Of a stretch of 64,000 nucleotides of DNA, positions 60,501-64,000 are shown piece by piece. Within the stretch, counting starts at the first letter, position 1; the number at the start of each line of letters is the position of its first letter. The notes below the pieces were generated by a model that saw nothing but the letters and a program-made list of their open reading frames with translations, was not told where the DNA came from and searched no databases. A program made the position numbers and the translations under genes. The stretch spans positions 62,001 to 126,000 of the forward strand of contig JAXLNO010002078.1 of the NCBI GenBank assembly GCA_038087875.1, in the 5' to 3' direction. The DNA is from Malacoraja senta. Lineage: Eukaryota.

Positions 60501-63500
60501 GCCCACCACTGATGTCAAACAACGTTCTTGTTCAAACTCTACTCTTTTCTCACATCTTTGTCCTCCTGTTCACTTACCTCAGGGCTATTATCTATTCGTA
60601 CCTGCGGGACAGCCCTCAGGTATTATTGAAATGGTACCAGGTATATCAACATCGGTCGGTAGTTTAGAAAACCCATACATACACCTTGTCTTCAGGTTTA
60701 AAGGGTCCTTCCTCCTGGTCCACCTCCAACAGCTTTTACTTTTCCTGTTCATAAATAGACTTGTATATCATAATTAACTGTTTCATATACTTTTTAAATT
60801 CTATCTTTAACTGTTCCAAACTCGGTCTCTTGTAGGGACCTCTCCATTGTGCCACCTGCTCGGTTAGTTTGCATGCAACATCTCTTCAGTGCCAATGGCA
60901 GGGCATCGATCCAATTCAACTTTGTAATTAAACAAATCTTATTTATATTAACCTTCAATGTTCCATTTATTCTTACATACCCAAATGTGTATTTTACTCT
61001 AAGGGTCTCTATCGCCAACTTAGCTACTCCCTAAATGAAAACAATCCGTTGTCAAAGCTGATTTCTGTAGGTCTACCAAACCTCTTAATTACCTTATTCA
61101 TCATAAACGACACTACAGGGCTTATACCAAATCTAGTCTGAACTATATCCTGCCTTTAAATCCCTTTCTCTCTTGCGGACCCCAGTCCTGTTAGGGCTTA
61201 TATCCAGATTAATTTCACTCCTGATAGGACCTTTTGAGGAAACGTACCCCAAAGACATTCATTATTGGCATGTAATTCTCTGGCCCTGCTTGGTTCCGTC
61301 ATAGGACTCACTTAGGTCCATTGTTTATTGACAACTCCTCCTCCTGCTGGTTTGCAAGTCTTTTTCCTATCTTTGCGATATTTCTCGACCGCAGAGACCA
61401 ACTGTTCGCTGAATCTGCTTGACTTTAAGAAGAATGACATCCACCACAGTAGTTCATAATATAATGTTCATCAATCAACTCTCCACCTTTTCAGCTGGTT
61501 TTCCAGATAGGCTATTTGCCTTTCCTTCTTGTGTATCTCCCCTTTGTTCCTTGGGGTTCCTCTTAAGTGGGTAACATTGTCTGAGGGTCTGCCATACCCT
61601 CTGCCTGACTGTGTCAAACAGTATGCCATTGCTTGTTACATTGTTCGCATCAGTTTATACCATCCATCTTCAGTAGTTCTGTCACTTTAGTGGTTCCTAT
61701 CACTTTTGCCAACAGTGCCTTCAAATCTTCCATGATCAATAATCGTCCCACGTTCTCCTCCTCCAAAGCCCTAATCCATTTCCTCCCCCATCAGGGATAT
61801 AGGGTGAGGTATTTTTTAGCCCTTTCAGTTTATGGGTGCCCCAAGGGATAATCCGTGTCTGTCCTTCTCTTTTCTCTTTAAAGCAGTCTCATCACTTTAT
61901 CCCAATGCTTCCAACTTTAATCCTTTCTGGTATGCCTTCTTTCTAATTCTAAACTCAATTTCTTGCTTCTCAAATATTCTAGCCTCCTTGCAAAAATCTT
62001 CCACTGACTCCTCCTGCTTTATTACTTTCACGCCTGTTGTTTTTCTACTTCTGTTATCTTCTAACTGCCTCTCTCTCCTTTCTTTCTAAACTTGAATGTT
62101 TACCAATTAACTTATTTCCAATTATTTCAATCCATATTCACCACTATTTTAAATGTCCAATTCCTAGCACTAGTAACAATTTTCCAAATTATCTTTACTG
62201 ACTAGAAATCTAAAAGAACATCAGAAAAACCAAAAGCTGGTTTCACAACTTCCCCTTCTAGGTTAAGGCCAACAAACAATTAATCGTTATCTTACAGCTG
62301 TTCGTCGCCTTTCACCATGACCTGATTTATTTAAAGGAACATGCACCTACCTACAGTGAACATTTTTGATTTTAATAAAACTTACTTACTTACTCTTACA
62401 ATGTGGTCTACAAATACAATAAACAAAATAATTATCACATATATAAACTTCCTCTTTCATTCCCAACCGGTTTTTACACACAAATCACATTCGTTCCATT
62501 CTTACTTCAAATAAATGCAACATCTTTTACATGTATTAAAACTCAATATAACAGAATCAAATCATTTTTGTCTTCTTCAATCCCTGGGTATTTCTCTGCC
62601 CCCAGAGGCTCAGCATTCGCCCCAACGGACTATCAGGCAGAATGCGGGGTCGGGCTTACTGCCCTTCCCCTCCCTTTTGGGCTCTCCGTTTTCATTGCCC
62701 ATCCTCCCGATCGGAATTTCCCCCCGATCTTCCTCCCGATCGGAATTTCCCCCCGATCTATTTGCCCCCGATCTATTTAATCGCCCGAGTAGTACTTAAT
62801 AGTCAGTTTTCTTACCCGGGTCTTGTGCACAAGAATCACTCGATTTGGCTCCTTCACGATTTCCAACTACTCCCACTTCTTTGCTGAGTCTCTGTTCAGG
62901 GATACCACTCGCCCAAACCGCTGACGACAATCTAGGGGTCTGGGACCGCTGAAATCAACGGGGTGCACCGTCCCTTCTTCCATATACCGTCGTCAGCCGG
63001 AGTGGGGGTCCCGAGACAAGCCCCCAAAAATTGTGAGATTCAAAATCACAAACGCTTTTAGAGACAAAGTCGGCAAAGAAGCTTTTTATTCAAATAATAT
63101 TCTGCAGAATAGGTGCCTCTCCTCTGATGTCCCCTAGAGGCACACCGAGGATCGGGATGTCTTCTATCTTTATACATTTCATGGGTATCATTGTCACACC
63201 CTCATCCCTCCCCATTGTGCTTCTTCCAATCATAACATAAAGCCCACATTCCCACGAGAACGTCCTGGAACGTCCACCCGACGTCAAAGACACCTCCCAT
63301 ATCATGCATCGCATGTGCATTTAAATGAGACATCTTGTCATAGTGGGTGTGTGTACATATTCATGTAAGTTCATTGACCATGCGCACAGAGTGTTTCTTA
63401 TGACCCTTACCCTAGTTCTATCCTGGACGGTCTCCTTATCTTCTCTGTTCTCATCCTTGAAAAAGTCACCATCTGTACTCGTTCTTCACTCCCCCTATCC

Positions 63501-63573
63501 TCCCTACTATACTCCCTACTATACAAAGGGTTCTTGTCTAAATCAACTTATACCTATTAACCCCTTCCTCACA
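57547..63573 (-). mobile_element. Defective ERV copy B
   Basis: LTRs 57547-58076 and 63032-63573; TSD ATACT; same CR1 passenger; extra stop in env TM. Confidence 0.92.
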
Positions 63574-64000
63574 ATACTGAACACCCACCTGACGTTACCG
63601 GACGGACATCGTTACCTCACAGAGAACAAATGGAACTTTAAATTGTTTTACTTAAGGACTAATGAAAGCTGATAATGATAGTCGAGCAAGTTTTTTTTAT
63701 TGCTATTGATATATAACATTTATATTTTAGTACTAATTACTACTAATTATGATTACTAATTATTACTAATTATTATTAATTGGAGCCACTTAGAATTAGT
63801 TCAAAATATGAATTATAAGTAAGGTTTGATTCAGGCAATTTATTAATAATTTTTTAATTATTTTTTTTATACTGTTGACCAATTATCGATTCATATTTTT
63901 TTAATATGAGACTAATATTTTATCTTGAGAATAATAACTTTTTCACTAACAGATTATAAATATTTTGGACCTAAAAATGTCTTCCCCCTTCCCTACAAAT

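Larger units (their letters stand above)
56316..64000 (+). mobile_element. Outer L1 copy B (5' UTR, ORF1, inter-ORF), duplicate of 1-7777
   Basis: 5' end GACTTCCGGTGGCGC; ORF1 56751-57368 differs from 4-621 by 5 aa; inserted in a CR1 fragment (56240-56315). Confidence 0.92.

Overview
Repeat-dense vertebrate genomic DNA, most likely from a skate or ray (inferred from HER1/HE1-type CR1 LINEs, Penelope-type short repeats and an IgNAR/IgW-like constant exon). There is a 249-N gap at 12132-12380. Bases 1-29098 are one old plus-strand L1 expanded by nested insertions: a defective epsilon-like ERV, a non-autonomous DNA transposon fragment, a full-length antisense L1, three CR1s, a hAT-like element and Penelope-derived units. 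The same L1+ERV block recurs at 56316-64000 at roughly 99% identity, indicating a ~56.7-kb segmental/tandem duplication or an uncollapsed haplotype. Between the two copies lie a ~650-bp inverted duplication, a 1.25-kb polypyrimidine tract with a Tx1 insertion, a single intact Ig heavy-chain C1-set exon (38467-38784) with no sibling exons visible, and a CpG-island promoter with a candidate first coding exon (42405-42485). Best leads: the orphan IgNAR/IgW-like exon; about 12 copies of a short repeat carrying a minimal hammerhead-ribozyme-like motif; and a non-autonomous ERV whose captured CR1 fragment shows strand-biased cytosine loss.
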